Origin: an uncultured Clostridia bacterium | Lineage (GTDB): Bacteria > Bacillota > Clostridia > TANB77 > CAG-508 | Reading direction: 5' to 3' | Assembly (NCBI GenBank): GCA_947623285.1 | Contig: CANQGP010000005.1 | Span: 68,757-132,756 of the forward strand | DNA: 64,000 nucleotides | Shown here: positions 48,360-59,713 of the stretch, piece after piece | Layout: every line of letters begins with the position of its first letter | Numbering within the stretch: position 1 is the first letter of the stretch | The notes under the pieces: generated by a model | Databases searched by the model: none | Seen by the model: the letters and a program-made list of their open reading frames with translations, nothing else | What the model was told of the DNA's origin: nothing | Translations under genes and position numbers: made by a program

Positions 48360-48920
48360 TTATTCTTCTAGCCATTTATTATATTTTTCTAAAATCAGAT
48401 TAGCAACTTCTTGTGGTGTTAAATTAGTTGTATCTACTACAAAATCATAATTTGCTTCATCTTCTTTATGAACCTGATATAAATTCCAATATCTTTCATT
48501 TTCTAGTCTATATCTTTTTTGTATATCTATTTTTTGTTCTTCTACAGTTTTAAATTTCTCTGTACTTTTTCGTTTACTATCTTCAAATGCTCTTTGGGCT
48601 GCAACATTTATATCCACTTTCATATACACCTTAAATGATTGTGGTACTGCATACCACCCTAATCTGGCATCTATAATAAAGTTATCATGATTTTTCGCAT
48701 ACTCTGCTGCACTATTTTCTATTTGTCTATCAATCTCTGGATGTTTTTCTACATATTTATTAAACTCTGTCACATTCATTCCAGATTCTTTTGCTAGTTT
48801 TCTAAAATATTCTCCATTTTTGTAAATTCCATATTGTAATTTCTCAGTTAATATTTTAGATACTGTACCTTTTCCACTAGCCAATTCTCCACCTAACGAA
48901 ATTATATGTTTTTTTTCCAT
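48360..48920 (-). CDS. P-loop nucleoside-monophosphate kinase-like protein (cytidylate-kinase-like family)
   Basis: 186 aa. P-loop GGELASGKGT. Size and layout fit an NMP kinase. It is not the canonical Gmk pattern. Confidence 0.55.
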   Translation of the reverse strand: MEKKHIISLGGELASGKGTVSKILTEKLQYGIYKNGEYFRKLAKESGMNVTEFNKYVEKHPEIDRQIENSAAEYAKNHDNFIIDARLGWYAVPQSFKVYMKVDINVAAQRAFEDSKRKSTEKFKTVEEQKIDIQKRYRLENERYWNLYQVHKEDEANYDFVVDTTNLTPQEVANLILEKYNKWLEE

Positions 48921-48955
48921 ATTAACATTCCCCTTTTGCTAAGTTGATTTTTTAT

Positions 48956-49168
48956 TTATTGTGCTTCTACTATTTCTTCTTTGTCTAATTTTATTTTTCC
49001 TTCTGCTATTTCATTTGCTGCTAGGGTAACTTTACTTTCTTCATCTACATCTGTTAATTTTTCAGCTCCGTCAGCTAATTGTCTAGCTCTTCTTGCTGTC
49101 ATTATAACTAACTCATATCTGTTTTCTGCTTTTGTAAGTAATTCTGTAATTGTAGGTTTTTCAATCAT
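48956..49168 (-). CDS. rpoZ: DNA-directed RNA polymerase subunit omega
   Basis: [32 protein letters not shown] chose the start at 49168 (GAAGGGAG RBS). Confidence 0.85.
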   Translation of the reverse strand: MIEKPTITELLTKAENRYELVIMTARRARQLADGAEKLTDVDEESKVTLAANEIAEGKIKLDKEEIVEAQ

Positions 49169-49460
49169 TAAAATTCTCCCTTCTTTTTTTATCATTTTTT
49201 AATAATTTTTCACTATTTTCTAATATATGTCTATCTAATCTACTCGCTATTGTATCTGGTTGAACTGCTGCTAATATCATATGTCCTGAGTCCATAATTA
49301 ATATTGACCTTGTTTTTCTTCCATATGTAGCATCTACTGCTGTTTGATTATCTTTTGCATCTTGTATTAATCTTTTTACTGGTGCTGATTCTGGACTTAT
49401 TATTGCAATTATTCTATCTGCAACTACAATATTTCCAAATCCGATGTTTACCAATTGCAT
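49161..49460 (-). CDS. remA: RemA/DUF370 family regulator
   Basis: [37 protein letters not shown]...[18 protein letters not shown]. Its last 8 nt (stop codon included) overlap the rpoZ start. Confidence 0.85.
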   Translation of the reverse strand: MQLVNIGFGNIVVADRIIAIISPESAPVKRLIQDAKDNQTAVDATYGRKTRSILIMDSGHMILAAVQPDTIASRLDRHILENSEKLLKNDKKRRENFND

Positions 49461-49475
49461 ACTATCAATCCTTTC

Positions 49476-50351
49476 CTATTCAATGTTTTGTACTTGCTCT
49501 CTTATATCCTCAATTTCTGTCTTTACTACTACAACATTATTTGTAATAGTTAAATTATTTGATTTTGAACCTATAGTATTTGTTTCTCTGTTCATTTCTT
49601 GAATTAAAAAATCAATTTGCTTTCCAACTGCTTTGTCTGTATGCAATAATTCTTTTAGTTGTGTTATATGGCTTCTTAATCTAGTAATCTCTTCTTCTAT
49701 TGAACATCTATCTGCATAAATTACAACCTCTTGAGCAATTCTAGATTCGTCTATCTCTTGTGTTTTTAGTAATTCCTTTATTCTATCTTTTAATTTTACT
49801 ACATAATTGTCAATAAGTCCAGTAGATAATGTAGAAATCTCTTTAACTCTTGAAGATATCCTTTGTAATCTATCCTCTATATCATTTGCCATTTTTATAC
49901 CTTCAGCTATTCTCATTTCAATTAAATTATCTAAAGCGATGTTAACAACTTGTTTTAATTCTTCTTTTATTTTGTCATCATCTTCTTTATTTACAATTTG
50001 TAATACATCTGGCATTTTAGAAATTTCTGTTACTTCTATATTTGCTTGTATATCTTCTTCTGCTGCTAATTCTTTTAATTCCTTTATATACACCTTCGCA
50101 ATTTCTTTATTAATTTTTATATCTTTACCTTCACAACTATTATTATTAAATGTTATAAATACATCTATTTTTCCTCTTTTTAATTTAGAAGAAATTGTCT
50201 TTCTTACTTCCTCTTCCAAATAGCTTATGCTTCTTGGCATTCTAACATTTATGTCTAAATATCTATGATTAACACTTTTTATTTCTACTACATATTCTCT
50301 TTCTTCTATATTAACGTTTCCTTTTCCATACCCTGTCATGCTTTTTATCAT
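49476..50351 (-). CDS. yicC: YicC/YloC family stress-induced protein
   Basis: MIKSMTGYG...SVNHRYLD...; C-terminal DUF1732-like ...EMNRETNTIGSKSN. Confidence 0.85.
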   Translation of the reverse strand: MIKSMTGYGKGNVNIEEREYVVEIKSVNHRYLDINVRMPRSISYLEEEVRKTISSKLKRGKIDVFITFNNNSCEGKDIKINKEIAKVYIKELKELAAEEDIQANIEVTEISKMPDVLQIVNKEDDDKIKEELKQVVNIALDNLIEMRIAEGIKMANDIEDRLQRISSRVKEISTLSTGLIDNYVVKLKDRIKELLKTQEIDESRIAQEVVIYADRCSIEEEITRLRSHITQLKELLHTDKAVGKQIDFLIQEMNRETNTIGSKSNNLTITNNVVVVKTEIEDIREQVQNIE

Positions 50352-50892
50352 TTACTTTACCTCTATTTTCTTCTTTTTTATTTGAAATATTTTTATCTTT
50401 TTTAGTTGGGGTTGTTTTTTTCCTTTTTGTTGCTTCTTTTTTTTGAGGTTCGTCTTTTACAATTTCTGCTATATCATTAAAGCTTTCTATATATTGTTTT
50501 TTCCCTAAAGTGAATACCATTAATGATTTTAATAAATAATATATTCCTGCTACTACTGAAGATATTATCATATATGTCATAAATTCTATATTTAATACTG
50601 TTAATACATGATTTATTGACAAAGTATGTGCTGATAATATAATCGCTTCTATTCCATTTATTGCTCTATAACCTTCATCATGTCTAAATGCTTGTTCTAG
50701 AAAAACTATTCCTATTACTAAAAAAGTTCCTGAAAAGACTTGTATATCGCCTATCAGTCTTTCTTCTTTCATTTTACTATGTGCTAATTGAAGAACCATA
50801 AAATATATGATAACTAACACTCCTACAATTAAATTTCTAGAAATTCTTTTTTTTATTTCTTGCATTTTACTCTTAGGCATTTTCTTTTTCAT
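50311..50892 (-). CDS. membrane protein (193 aa, ~4 TM helices) with a K/R-rich tail
   Basis: GGAG RBS. Hydrophobic helices, then KKEATKRKKTTPTKKDKNISNKKEENRGK. The 3' end overlaps yicC by 41 nt. Confidence 0.55.
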   Translation of the reverse strand: MKKKMPKSKMQEIKKRISRNLIVGVLVIIYFMVLQLAHSKMKEERLIGDIQVFSGTFLVIGIVFLEQAFRHDEGYRAINGIEAIILSAHTLSINHVLTVLNIEFMTYMIISSVVAGIYYLLKSLMVFTLGKKQYIESFNDIAEIVKDEPQKKEATKRKKTTPTKKDKNISNKKEENRGKVNDKKHDRVWKRKR

Positions 50893-50954
50893 TAATTAAT
50901 TCTCCTATCCTTATAAATGCAGTAAACAGCTTGTGTTCTATAAAATAATTTATA

Positions 50955-51494
50955 TTAATAATTTTCTGCTTTAATTTCAAAATATGCTTTTGGATGTGCA
51001 CAAACTGGACAGATTTCTGGAGCTGATTTTCCTATTACTATATGTCCGCAATTTCTACATTTCCAAATTCTATCACCATCTCTACTGAATACTATTCCAT
51101 CTTCAACATTTTCTAATAATTTTTTGTATCTTTCTTCATGTTCTTTTTCTATCTTTCCTACTGCTTCAAAAAAATATGCAATGTCGTCAAATCCTTCCTC
51201 TTTAGCTTCTTTAGCCATTCTATCATACATATCTGTCCATTCATAATTTTCACCTTCAGCTGCTGCTTTTAAATTTTCTGTTGTTGGATGAATATCTCCA
51301 CCTTGTAATAGTTTAAACCAAATCTTAGCATGTTCTTTTTCATTGTTAGCAGTTTCTTGGAATATAGCTGCTATTTGCTCATATCCTTCTTTTTTAGCTT
51401 TGCTTGCAAAATATGTGTATTTATTTCTTGCTTGTGATTCACCAGCAAATGCCTCCATTAAATTTTTTTCTGTCTTTGTTCCTTTTAAATCCAT
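50955..51494 (-). CDS. rbr: rubrerythrin
   Basis: Ferritin-like diiron E..H motifs plus a C-terminal rubredoxin CxxC...CxxC (CRNCGH...CPVCAH). Confidence 0.93.
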   Translation of the reverse strand: MDLKGTKTEKNLMEAFAGESQARNKYTYFASKAKKEGYEQIAAIFQETANNEKEHAKIWFKLLQGGDIHPTTENLKAAAEGENYEWTDMYDRMAKEAKEEGFDDIAYFFEAVGKIEKEHEERYKKLLENVEDGIVFSRDGDRIWKCRNCGHIVIGKSAPEICPVCAHPKAYFEIKAENY

Positions 51495-51571
51495 TTTTCA
51501 TTCCTCCTCATATTTTTTATATTTTTTATTATAAGCTAATGTATTGTTGAATTTTAACACATCATATTCTA

Positions 51572-51775
51572 TTAAAAATTAAAATACAATATTAATCCCC
51601 CAATAATCCCTATCAAATATCCTAAAAGCTTTAATCCTAAACTTGCATCATTTTGGTCTCCAAAACTAAAAAACTTTTTCGTAATACTACGTGCATCATA
51701 AATAAGGATTACTCCACTTGTTACTAATATTAGTCCTATTATTTTTAATACAATCTCTGCCATTTTCCTCAACAT
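51572..51775 (-). CDS. possible small membrane protein (~67 aa)
   Basis: Two hydrophobic helices. The track start at 51808 is an RBS-less TTG, so an internal ATG (MLRKMAEIV) is used here. The start remains uncertain. Confidence 0.35.
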   Translation of the reverse strand: MLRKMAEIVLKIIGLILVTSGVILIYDARSITKKFFSFGDQNDASLGLKLLGYLIGIIGGLILYFNF

Positions 51776-51827
51776 CCTTTTTATAAATCTTATCTTGTTT
51801 TTTTGCAAAAGTCAAGTGTAAATTATA

Positions 51828-53870
51828 TCAAATACTAAATACATTTTTAAATTTATCTTTAATCAAATACTTTAATTTTATATTTTCTTCTTTCTCTAAT
51901 TTAGGATCTTCTGAAATTATTTTTATAGCAACACTTTGTACTGATTTTAATATTGTTATATCCTGAAATAAATTTGCTATTTTGAATTCAGGAAGTCCAT
52001 GTTGCATTGTTCCAAAAAAATCTCCTGTCCCACGTAATTCTAAATCTTTTTCTGATATTGCAAAACCATCATTTGTATCACACATTACTTTCATTCTTTC
52101 TCTAATTTCTTTTCCGTTCCCTTCGTAACGCAATATACAATATGATTTATACTCGCCTCTTCCGACTCTTCCTCGTAATTGATGTAGCTGAGCTAATCCA
52201 AATCTTTGAGCATCTTCTATCACCATTATATTAGCATTTGGTACATCTACCCCTACCTCAATTACAGTTGTTGATAATAATACGTCAATTTTTCCTTCTT
52301 TGAATCTTTGCATTATTTCATCTTTATCTTTTGTTTTCATTTTCCCGTGTAAATATTCTACTGTATATTCTTTAAATGTTTCTTTCTTATATTTTTTATA
52401 TAATTCCTCTACTGATTTTAGGTCTGACTCTTCACTTTCTTCTACTAATGGACATACTATATATGCTTGTCTTCCTTCTTTTAATTGTTCTTTCACAAAA
52501 TTATTTATTCTTTCTGTCTTTGATTTTGTAACTGCAAATGTATCTATTTCCTTTCTATTAGGTGGAAGTTCATCAATTATTGATATATCCATATCTCCAT
52601 ATAATATTAGTCCCAACGTTCTAGGTATTGGAGTTGCTGTCATTATTAGCACATCTGGATTTTCTCCTTTTTCTACAATTTTAGCACGTTGTCTTACTCC
52701 AAACCTATGCTGTTCATCTGTCACTACTAATCCTAATTTTTGAAATTGAACATTGTCTTCTATCAATGCATGTGTTCCAATTATTATATCTATATCTCCT
52801 CTTTCTAAATCTTGCAATATGCTATCTTTTTGCCATTTTGGTATTCCTGAAATTAATAACTCACATCTAATTCCTAACTCTCCAAAATATTTCTTAAAAT
52901 TCTCTAAGTGCTGTGTTGCAAGTATTGCTGTTGGTGCCATTATTGCTGCTTGATATCCTGATTTAACTGCTTTATATGCTGCACACATTGCCACAACTGT
53001 TTTTCCTGAACCAACATCTCCTTGTAATAATCTATTCATTGGTTTGTCAGATTCCATGTTATTGTCAATTTCCTCTAGCACTCTTAACTGTGCTTTTGTT
53101 AATTTGAATGGTAATAAATTTATTATATCAGACATATGTGCTTTTTTATCAAATTGAATTCCCTTTAGTTCATTCATGTAATTATTTTTTAATTCTAATA
53201 ATGCTAATTGTACTGATAGTAATTCTTCAAACACTAGTCTTCTTCTTGCTTCTTCGATATCTATAAAATCTGTTGGCATGTGTATTTTTGCAGTTGCCTC
53301 ATTAATATCTTGTAATTTATATTCTTCTATAAGATAGTCTGGTAATGTTTCAGGTAAATTATTTTTCACTTCTTTTAATGCATTTTCTACAATTCTTCTT
53401 ATTGTATTTTGAGATAATTTATATGTTAATGGATAAATTGGAATTATTCTTCCTGTATTATTTTGCTTCTCACTGCTATCAAATACTGGTGACGTTATTG
53501 TGATTTTTCCACCTACATTTTTTATTTTGCCATACAGTTTATATTTTTCTCCAACTTTAAATTGAGTTTTTAAATAACTTTGATTAAACCATATAGCTGA
53601 TGCACTTGCTGTTTCATCACGTACTTGCAATTTGTACATTGTTTTACCACGTAATCGTATTTCTGCCATTCTACTTACTGGCACAACTTCAATTAACGCT
53701 TCTTCTCCATTTTCGCAATCAATTAAATCCTGTGGCTTGCTTCTATCTTGATATTTTCGTGGATAATATGTTATTAAATCTTTTAATGTATGTATTCCTA
53801 ATTTATTTAAAAGAAGAACTCTATTTGGTCCAACTCCTTTTATATACTTTACATCTTTATTTAAATCCAT
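51828..53870 (-). CDS. recG: ATP-dependent DNA helicase RecG
   Basis: 680 aa: wedge domain, GDVGSGKT, DEQHRFGV, TATPIPRT. Confidence 0.93.
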   Translation of the reverse strand: MDLNKDVKYIKGVGPNRVLLLNKLGIHTLKDLITYYPRKYQDRSKPQDLIDCENGEEALIEVVPVSRMAEIRLRGKTMYKLQVRDETASASAIWFNQSYLKTQFKVGEKYKLYGKIKNVGGKITITSPVFDSSEKQNNTGRIIPIYPLTYKLSQNTIRRIVENALKEVKNNLPETLPDYLIEEYKLQDINEATAKIHMPTDFIDIEEARRRLVFEELLSVQLALLELKNNYMNELKGIQFDKKAHMSDIINLLPFKLTKAQLRVLEEIDNNMESDKPMNRLLQGDVGSGKTVVAMCAAYKAVKSGYQAAIMAPTAILATQHLENFKKYFGELGIRCELLISGIPKWQKDSILQDLERGDIDIIIGTHALIEDNVQFQKLGLVVTDEQHRFGVRQRAKIVEKGENPDVLIMTATPIPRTLGLILYGDMDISIIDELPPNRKEIDTFAVTKSKTERINNFVKEQLKEGRQAYIVCPLVEESEESDLKSVEELYKKYKKETFKEYTVEYLHGKMKTKDKDEIMQRFKEGKIDVLLSTTVIEVGVDVPNANIMVIEDAQRFGLAQLHQLRGRVGRGEYKSYCILRYEGNGKEIRERMKVMCDTNDGFAISEKDLELRGTGDFFGTMQHGLPEFKIANLFQDITILKSVQSVAIKIISEDPKLEKEENIKLKYLIKDKFKNVFSI

Positions 53871-53873
53871 GGT

Positions 53874-54581
53874 TTATTGCACCTTCCATAAATTAAAATC
53901 CAAACTGTCACAACTTACTAATTTCATTTCTATCCCTTCATAATTTCCTTCTATTGCTTCATTTATTGCTATTCCATGCAAATGAGCATATATACATTTT
54001 TTTACCTTGTATTTTTTCATCATATCAATAAATGGAGAAGGTATGTTATTTTGAACATTGTAACTTGTTATTGGAGGATAATGCATATTTACTATAATTT
54101 CTTCATTCTCTCCGTGTTTTTCTATTCCATCTTTTAATGACAATTCTAACCTTTTTACTTCTCTTTCAACTAATCGCTTATCTTCTGCATCATCTGTTTG
54201 CATCCATCCTCGCGTTCCAGTGATTATTTTTCCTTCAAATTCATAACTGTTGTTATTTAAAAAATCTATATTTTTAAATCCATTTTCTCCTAAATATTTT
54301 CTCATACTTGTTAACGTTGTCCACCAATAATCATGATTTCCTTTTAACAAAAGCTTTTTTCCTGGCAATTCATTTAAATATTTAAAATCTTCATATGTAT
54401 TTTCCAAATATGTTGACCATGAAAAATCTCCTGGCAATAAAACCAAGTCATTCTCTTTAACTTTTTTTATCCAATCTTTTTTTATTTTTTCTTCATGACC
54501 TTCCCAGTTTTCACCAAAAATATCCATTGGTTTATTTTCATTGAAAGATAGGTGAAGGTCTCCTATTGCATATATTGCCAT
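53874..54581 (-). CDS. calcineurin-like metallophosphoesterase
   Basis: MAIYAIGDLHLSF, PGDFSW, GNHDYWW. I chose the start at 54581 (AGGAAGG RBS 12 nt upstream). Confidence 0.8.
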   Translation of the reverse strand: MAIYAIGDLHLSFNENKPMDIFGENWEGHEEKIKKDWIKKVKENDLVLLPGDFSWSTYLENTYEDFKYLNELPGKKLLLKGNHDYWWTTLTSMRKYLGENGFKNIDFLNNNSYEFEGKIITGTRGWMQTDDAEDKRLVEREVKRLELSLKDGIEKHGENEEIIVNMHYPPITSYNVQNNIPSPFIDMMKKYKVKKCIYAHLHGIAINEAIEGNYEGIEMKLVSCDSLDFNLWKVQ

Positions 54582-54685
54582 ATTTAACTTCATTCCTTCC
54601 TAAGGCACAAATCCGTTTGAAAAATAATTACAATTTTGCGTTGTCAAACTTACTCCTCCAGAATTGCAATTTATATACTCTCAAT

Positions 54686-55678
54686 TTAGTTTTGCAATTT
54701 CAAATTCGGCACTGCATTCAAATCTAATTCACTAATTTTTTTATTTATATAATTATAATAACCTGCTGAAGCAATCATTGCCGCATTGTCTGTGCATAAT
54801 TTTAAATCAGGTGTATATACTTTTATTCCTTGATTTTCTAATTTTAAAAATTCATTTCTAATATATGAATTTGCAGATACTCCTCCACCTAATGCCAATG
54901 TTTTTAATCCTGTTTGTTCGATTGCTTTCATTGTATTTTCTACTAATACTTCTGTTACAGCTTTTTCAAAGCTTATACATAAATCGGCTTTATTTGTATC
55001 TGGCTTGTTATGATTTAAATTTATTACTGCTGTTTTTATTCCACTAAAACTAAAATCTAAATTTTCAAAATGTGTTTTTGGTAATTCGATATTTGGCTTA
55101 CCTTCTTTTGCCAATTTGTCTACTTTTGGTCCACCTGGATATCCTAGCCCGACAACTCTAGCCACTTTGTCAAAAGCTTCACCTATCGCATCATCTCTAG
55201 TTTTTCCTAAAACATCAAATTCTGTGTAATCTTTTATATGAACTATTTGTGTATTTCCTCCAGATATTAGTAAACATATAAATGGTGGCTCTAATTCTTT
55301 ATGTGTAATATAATTTGCTGCAATATGTCCTTCTATATGGTTAACACCTACTAGTGGTTTGTTTAATGCATAACTTAATGCTTTTCCATATGATAATCCT
55401 ACAAGTAATGCTCCTACTAGTCCAGGTCCATAAGTTGGAGTTATTGCATCTATATCTTCAAATCTTATATTTGCTACTTCTAATGCTTTTTTTGTAACAC
55501 GCGAAATAGCTTCTATGTGATTTCTAGAAGCTATCTCTGGTACAACTCCTCCATATTTTTCATGGATTGGAATTTGTGTATCTATTATATTTGACAAAAC
55601 TTCTCTACCATTTTTTACAACTGCTACAGAAGTTTCGTCACAACTTGATTCAATTCCTAGTGTTAATATATCCTTCAT
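54686..55678 (-). CDS. tsaD: tRNA N6-adenosine threonylcarbamoyltransferase
   Basis: 330 aa: [23 protein letters not shown]. Confidence 0.93.
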   Translation of the reverse strand: MKDILTLGIESSCDETSVAVVKNGREVLSNIIDTQIPIHEKYGGVVPEIASRNHIEAISRVTKKALEVANIRFEDIDAITPTYGPGLVGALLVGLSYGKALSYALNKPLVGVNHIEGHIAANYITHKELEPPFICLLISGGNTQIVHIKDYTEFDVLGKTRDDAIGEAFDKVARVVGLGYPGGPKVDKLAKEGKPNIELPKTHFENLDFSFSGIKTAVINLNHNKPDTNKADLCISFEKAVTEVLVENTMKAIEQTGLKTLALGGGVSANSYIRNEFLKLENQGIKVYTPDLKLCTDNAAMIASAGYYNYINKKISELDLNAVPNLKLQN

Positions 55679-55799
55679 TTATTCTCCTATCTATAATTCT
55701 TGTTTATAATACTACAAATATATTTTTATATTTCAACATCTACTATATATGTTTTGTTTTTGCATTTGTGTATTTATTTGTAACATTATTAATTGTGTT

Positions 55800-56540
55800 T
55801 TATAGTCCGAATATTGTTGAGCCTAAATTTAAGAATAATGATGAGATTCCTGAAATTGCTGGTGTTATTATTTCTCCTGCTATTCCTGAAATCCATATAA
55901 CTATAAATACTATATAAAATATTTGCTCATTATTTTCAAACCATTCTTTTGCTTTATATGGCAAAAATGGTTTTATTATTTTTGAACCATCTAATGGTGG
56001 TAATGGTATCAAATTAAATACTCCCAATCCAATATTTATAGTTATTGCAGAACCTATTATTCCAGCTACTACATATCCCACTGTACTTCCTGATATAAAT
56101 GCTCCCGCAAATTTATATAATGCTGAATATATTAATGTAAATATAAGTGCTAGTATGATATTCATTATAGGACCTGCTGCTGAAACAATTGCTTCTCCTT
56201 TTTCCATAGACATTTTTCTTGTATAATTTGTAGGATTTACATGTACTGGTTTTCCCCATCCAAATCCTGCAACAAGTAACATCACTGTTCCTATTGGGTC
56301 CAAATGATCCATTGGGTTTAAACTTAATCTTCCTTCATCTTTAGCAGTATTGTCTCCCAACTTATATGCTGCTAATCCATGTGCAAATTCATGAAATGTT
56401 ATTGCAACTAAAACCCCTGGAGCACTCATTAATAATCCAATTAACATATTTGGATTTGATATATATCTCAATAATGTTACCCCTAATAATATTCCTATTA
56501 TTATTGTTAATGTTCTTCTATCAAATGAAAATCCAAACAT
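55800..56540 (-). CDS. site-2 protease family (M50) membrane metalloprotease
   Basis: Polytopic, with HEFAHGLAAY (HExxH) and NLIPLPPLDG. Confidence 0.85.
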   Translation of the reverse strand: MFGFSFDRRTLTIIIGILLGVTLLRYISNPNMLIGLLMSAPGVLVAITFHEFAHGLAAYKLGDNTAKDEGRLSLNPMDHLDPIGTVMLLVAGFGWGKPVHVNPTNYTRKMSMEKGEAIVSAAGPIMNIILALIFTLIYSALYKFAGAFISGSTVGYVVAGIIGSAITINIGLGVFNLIPLPPLDGSKIIKPFLPYKAKEWFENNEQIFYIVFIVIWISGIAGEIITPAISGISSLFLNLGSTIFGL

Positions 56541-56557
56541 AAAATTCTCCTTTTAAA

Positions 56558-58069
56558 TTAATTCAACGGTTTCATTGTTGGAAATAATAATACATCTCTA
56601 ATTGATGCTTCATCTGTTAATAGCATTATTAATCTATCTACACCAATTCCAAGTCCTCCTGTTGGTGGTAATCCAATTTCTAATGCATGAACAAAATCCT
56701 CATCCATCATTCCTGCTTCTTCATCTCCAGCTTCTCTGGCTTCAACTTGTTTTTTGAATCTTTCATATTGGTCTATTGGGTCATTAAGTTCTGAAAATGC
56801 ATTTCCATATTCTCTACCACATATGAATGCTTCAAATCTTTCAGTCAATCTTTTATCCTTTGGACTCTTTTTTGCTAATGGTGATATTTCTACTGGATAG
56901 TCATACACGAATGTTGGTTGCACTAATGTTTTTTCAACATATTCATCAAAAAATAGTGCTATTACATCTCCTCTTGTTTCTTTTGTTTTATCCGGTATTT
57001 CTATATTCTTTTCCTTAGCTAATGCTACTGCTTCTTCATCTGTTTGTATTTCATTAAAATCAATTCCTGTCACTTCTTTTATAGAATCTATCATGCTTAT
57101 ACGTTTCCATCCACCTTCTGGTGCTAATTCAAGTTCTTGTCCTTGATATGTGATTTTCGTTGTTCCTAATACTTCCTTTGCTGTTTGTGAAAATATTTTT
57201 TCTGTTATATCCATCATATCATGATAATCTTGATATGCAGCATATAATTCTAGCATTGTAAATTCAGGATTGTGTCTTATATCCATTCCTTCATTTCTAA
57301 AAACTCTACCTATTTCATAAACTCTGTCAAATCCACCTACGATAAGTCTTTTTAAATTTAACTCCAAGGCAATTCTTAGATACATATCAATGTTTAACGC
57401 ATTGTGATGAGTAATAAACGGTCTTGCTGTTGCTCCTCCTGATATTGTATTTAATATTGGTGTTTCTACTTCCAAATATCCTTCTTCTTCCAATATTTTT
57501 CTTATTGTACTAATTATTTTACTTCTTAATATAAATGTTTGTTTTACTTCTGGATTTACTATTAAATCTGTATAACGTTGTCTATATCTTAAATCTGGGT
57601 CTTTTAGTCCATGGAATTTTTCTGGTAATGGACGTAGTGATTTTGAAAGTAATTTTACCTCTTTTGCATGTACCGAAATTTCTTCTGTTCTTGTTTTAAA
57701 TACAAATCCACTAATTCCAATAATATCTCCTATATCCCATGTTTTGAATTCTTTATAATTTTCTTCTCCTAAATCATTTATACTTACATAACTTTGTATT
57801 TTTTCATCACAATCTTGAATTGTGCAAAAAGAAGCTTTTCCCATAATTCTTTTTGCTATAATTCTTCCTGCTACAACTACATCTTTTTGCTCAAATTCCT
57901 CATAATTTGCTTTTATTTCCCCTGCTGTATTTGTTCTGTTAAATTTTGTTACTTCATATGGGTCCTTTCCTTGAGATTGTAATTCTGTTAACTTTTCTCT
58001 TCTTATTTTCATTAATTGATTTATATCCATTTCTTGTCCTTGGCTTTGGTTGCCATTGTTGTTTCCCAT
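56558..58069 (-). CDS. lysS: lysine--tRNA ligase (class II)
   Basis: 503 aa: OB fold plus class II motifs ([14 protein letters not shown]). Confidence 0.96.
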   Translation of the reverse strand: MGNNNGNQSQGQEMDINQLMKIRREKLTELQSQGKDPYEVTKFNRTNTAGEIKANYEEFEQKDVVVAGRIIAKRIMGKASFCTIQDCDEKIQSYVSINDLGEENYKEFKTWDIGDIIGISGFVFKTRTEEISVHAKEVKLLSKSLRPLPEKFHGLKDPDLRYRQRYTDLIVNPEVKQTFILRSKIISTIRKILEEEGYLEVETPILNTISGGATARPFITHHNALNIDMYLRIALELNLKRLIVGGFDRVYEIGRVFRNEGMDIRHNPEFTMLELYAAYQDYHDMMDITEKIFSQTAKEVLGTTKITYQGQELELAPEGGWKRISMIDSIKEVTGIDFNEIQTDEEAVALAKEKNIEIPDKTKETRGDVIALFFDEYVEKTLVQPTFVYDYPVEISPLAKKSPKDKRLTERFEAFICGREYGNAFSELNDPIDQYERFKKQVEAREAGDEEAGMMDEDFVHALEIGLPPTGGLGIGVDRLIMLLTDEASIRDVLLFPTMKPLN

Positions 58070-58083
58070 ATTAATCTCTCCTT

Positions 58084-59667
58084 TTATTTTTTTCTAAGAT
58101 ACATTCTAAATCCTTCTCCATTCATATCATATATCCCATATTTATTTCCTGTAGATGTTTTTAATTCTTCTGGAATTTCTTCTTGTCCTTCTTGTCCTTC
58201 TTGTCCATCTATTGAAATTTCAGAAATTCCTGGCATGTTTTCATCTAATCCTATTCCTTCTAAATCTATAGGCTCCTCTTCTGCTGGTATTGCCGTGCCA
58301 TTTCTTCCATACTGACTTCTTGTTAAATAATTTATCGCATCTTGTTGTTCATCTCCAACTACATATACAATTATTTTTTCTGTATCTAATGCTTTTGCTG
58401 CTTCAGACATTTGGTCATCGTCAAGATTTTTTAAACTCTCTGCATTTGGAACTATTCTTGGTGCTTCTGTTGTTCCAGAGGTAAAATACTTACCTACCCA
58501 AATTCCTGATACTTCTTCTCCATCTATTGTAAATGCACTTGGTATTTCGTATCCAGTACCTAGTTCATCTTCTACATTATCTGATGTTATTTTCGTTTCT
58601 ATAAATTGAGCTTCTACTTTATTTGAAGTATTTCCTTCTTTATCTGTATATTCTTCATCTTCTATTACTTTATATGCATATCTTGGAATCCATACATAAT
58701 AATTTTCATTCATTTTTGCATTTGCCCATCTGCTATTTCCTCCATCAGTTGTTCCTCCATCAGACATATCCTCATCTTCTGTAATTTCATATGAATACCA
58801 ATCATCTTTTTCAGGGTTTTCAATGCTTTGTTCATTTCCATCTTCATCAAATTTTATTGCCTGCATTCCTTCTATTAATTCTGGCTTAACTGAATATTCA
58901 GCCTTACATTGTACTTCTTCTGATTCAACATCGTTGTTGCCAATTTTTATAATGTATACTCCGCTTTTATTTACTGTGAATTTTAAATTATCGCTTTCAT
59001 TCCAATTATCAGTATTTTCTTCTTTGTATTTTACTTTCCACTTGTCTATATATCCTTGATATTGAACATTGCTAATTTCAAATTCCCATTCTCCATTTGA
59101 ACTTATTTGTTTAGAGGCTACTTCAAATTGAGGTGTTTCGTTATTTTGTTCATGTTGTACATTGTAAATTCCATCTGGTAGACTTTCTAAATTATAATAT
59201 TTATATCCGTCATTCATTAATCCATTATAGCTTATTACTTCTCTATCTTTAACATTTATTAAAAGCTCTTGTCCAACTCCTTCTACTGCTAAACCATTTT
59301 TTATTAAATTAGCATCGTAATATCTATAATTTTGTCTATCATCTTGATTAACTTCTACAGCATCAAAAGCTTCATTAGCTTTTTCTTGAAGATTACCATT
59401 TATTTCCTGTCCGATTTGTGTTATTTCTTCTCCTTTATAATTGTTTCCGTCAACAGTTATTTCTTCATCATTCCTCATTTTTTCATTTAATGAATTTACT
59501 TGTGCTTGCATAATTCTAAGTTCAGTTGTAAATGCGTTTAACCTTGCCGAATTAACGGCTGCACTAACATTATATATTGTCATTCCAGCCATTATCATCA
59601 ATACAACTACAACAATTCCTAATGTTACTAATGTAACACCCGAATTTCCTCTCATTTTTGTTTTCAT
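58084..59667 (-). CDS. secreted/anchored protein with a degenerate pilin-like N-terminus (527 aa), function unknown
   Basis: N-terminus [10 protein letters not shown]|[19 protein letters not shown] resembles a class III (prepilin) signal but has Thr instead of Glu at +5. The C-terminal half has WANA...[10 protein letters not shown]...GIWVGKY motifs. It stops 14 nt before lysS. Confidence 0.65.
   Translation of the reverse strand: MKTKMRGNSGVTLVTLGIVVVVLMIMAGMTIYNVSAAVNSARLNAFTTELRIMQAQVNSLNEKMRNDEEITVDGNNYKGEEITQIGQEINGNLQEKANEAFDAVEVNQDDRQNYRYYDANLIKNGLAVEGVGQELLINVKDREVISYNGLMNDGYKYYNLESLPDGIYNVQHEQNNETPQFEVASKQISSNGEWEFEISNVQYQGYIDKWKVKYKEENTDNWNESDNLKFTVNKSGVYIIKIGNNDVESEEVQCKAEYSVKPELIEGMQAIKFDEDGNEQSIENPEKDDWYSYEITEDEDMSDGGTTDGGNSRWANAKMNENYYVWIPRYAYKVIEDEEYTDKEGNTSNKVEAQFIETKITSDNVEDELGTGYEIPSAFTIDGEEVSGIWVGKYFTSGTTEAPRIVPNAESLKNLDDDQMSEAAKALDTEKIIVYVVGDEQQDAINYLTRSQYGRNGTAIPAEEEPIDLEGIGLDENMPGISEISIDGQEGQEGQEEIPEELKTSTGNKYGIYDMNGEGFRMYLRKK
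58180..58206 (-). repeat. perfect 3 x 9-bp tandem repeat (GGACAAGAA, encoding GQE x3)
   Basis: Plus strand: TTCTTGTCC x3, in frame within the pilin-like gene ([11 protein letters not shown]). Confidence 0.95.
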
Positions 59668-59713
59668 ATGTTTACACCTCTTAATTAATTTTTTTGTTTT
59701 ATAAAATTAAATT

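Noticed and set aside
51495-51571. PerR/Fur-type operator upstream of rubrerythrin (TTATAATAAAAAATATAA).
   Set aside because: It does not fit the 7-1-7 inverted repeat TTATAAT-N-ATTATAA, and it cannot be distinguished from background AT-rich promoter sequence.
58084-59667. Calling this gene a bona fide type IV pilin or pseudopilin.
   Set aside because: The class III-like signal lacks Glu+5 (Thr instead). The protein is far larger than typical pilins, and no pilus-assembly genes are in the window. It is kept as 'pilin-like N-terminus' only.
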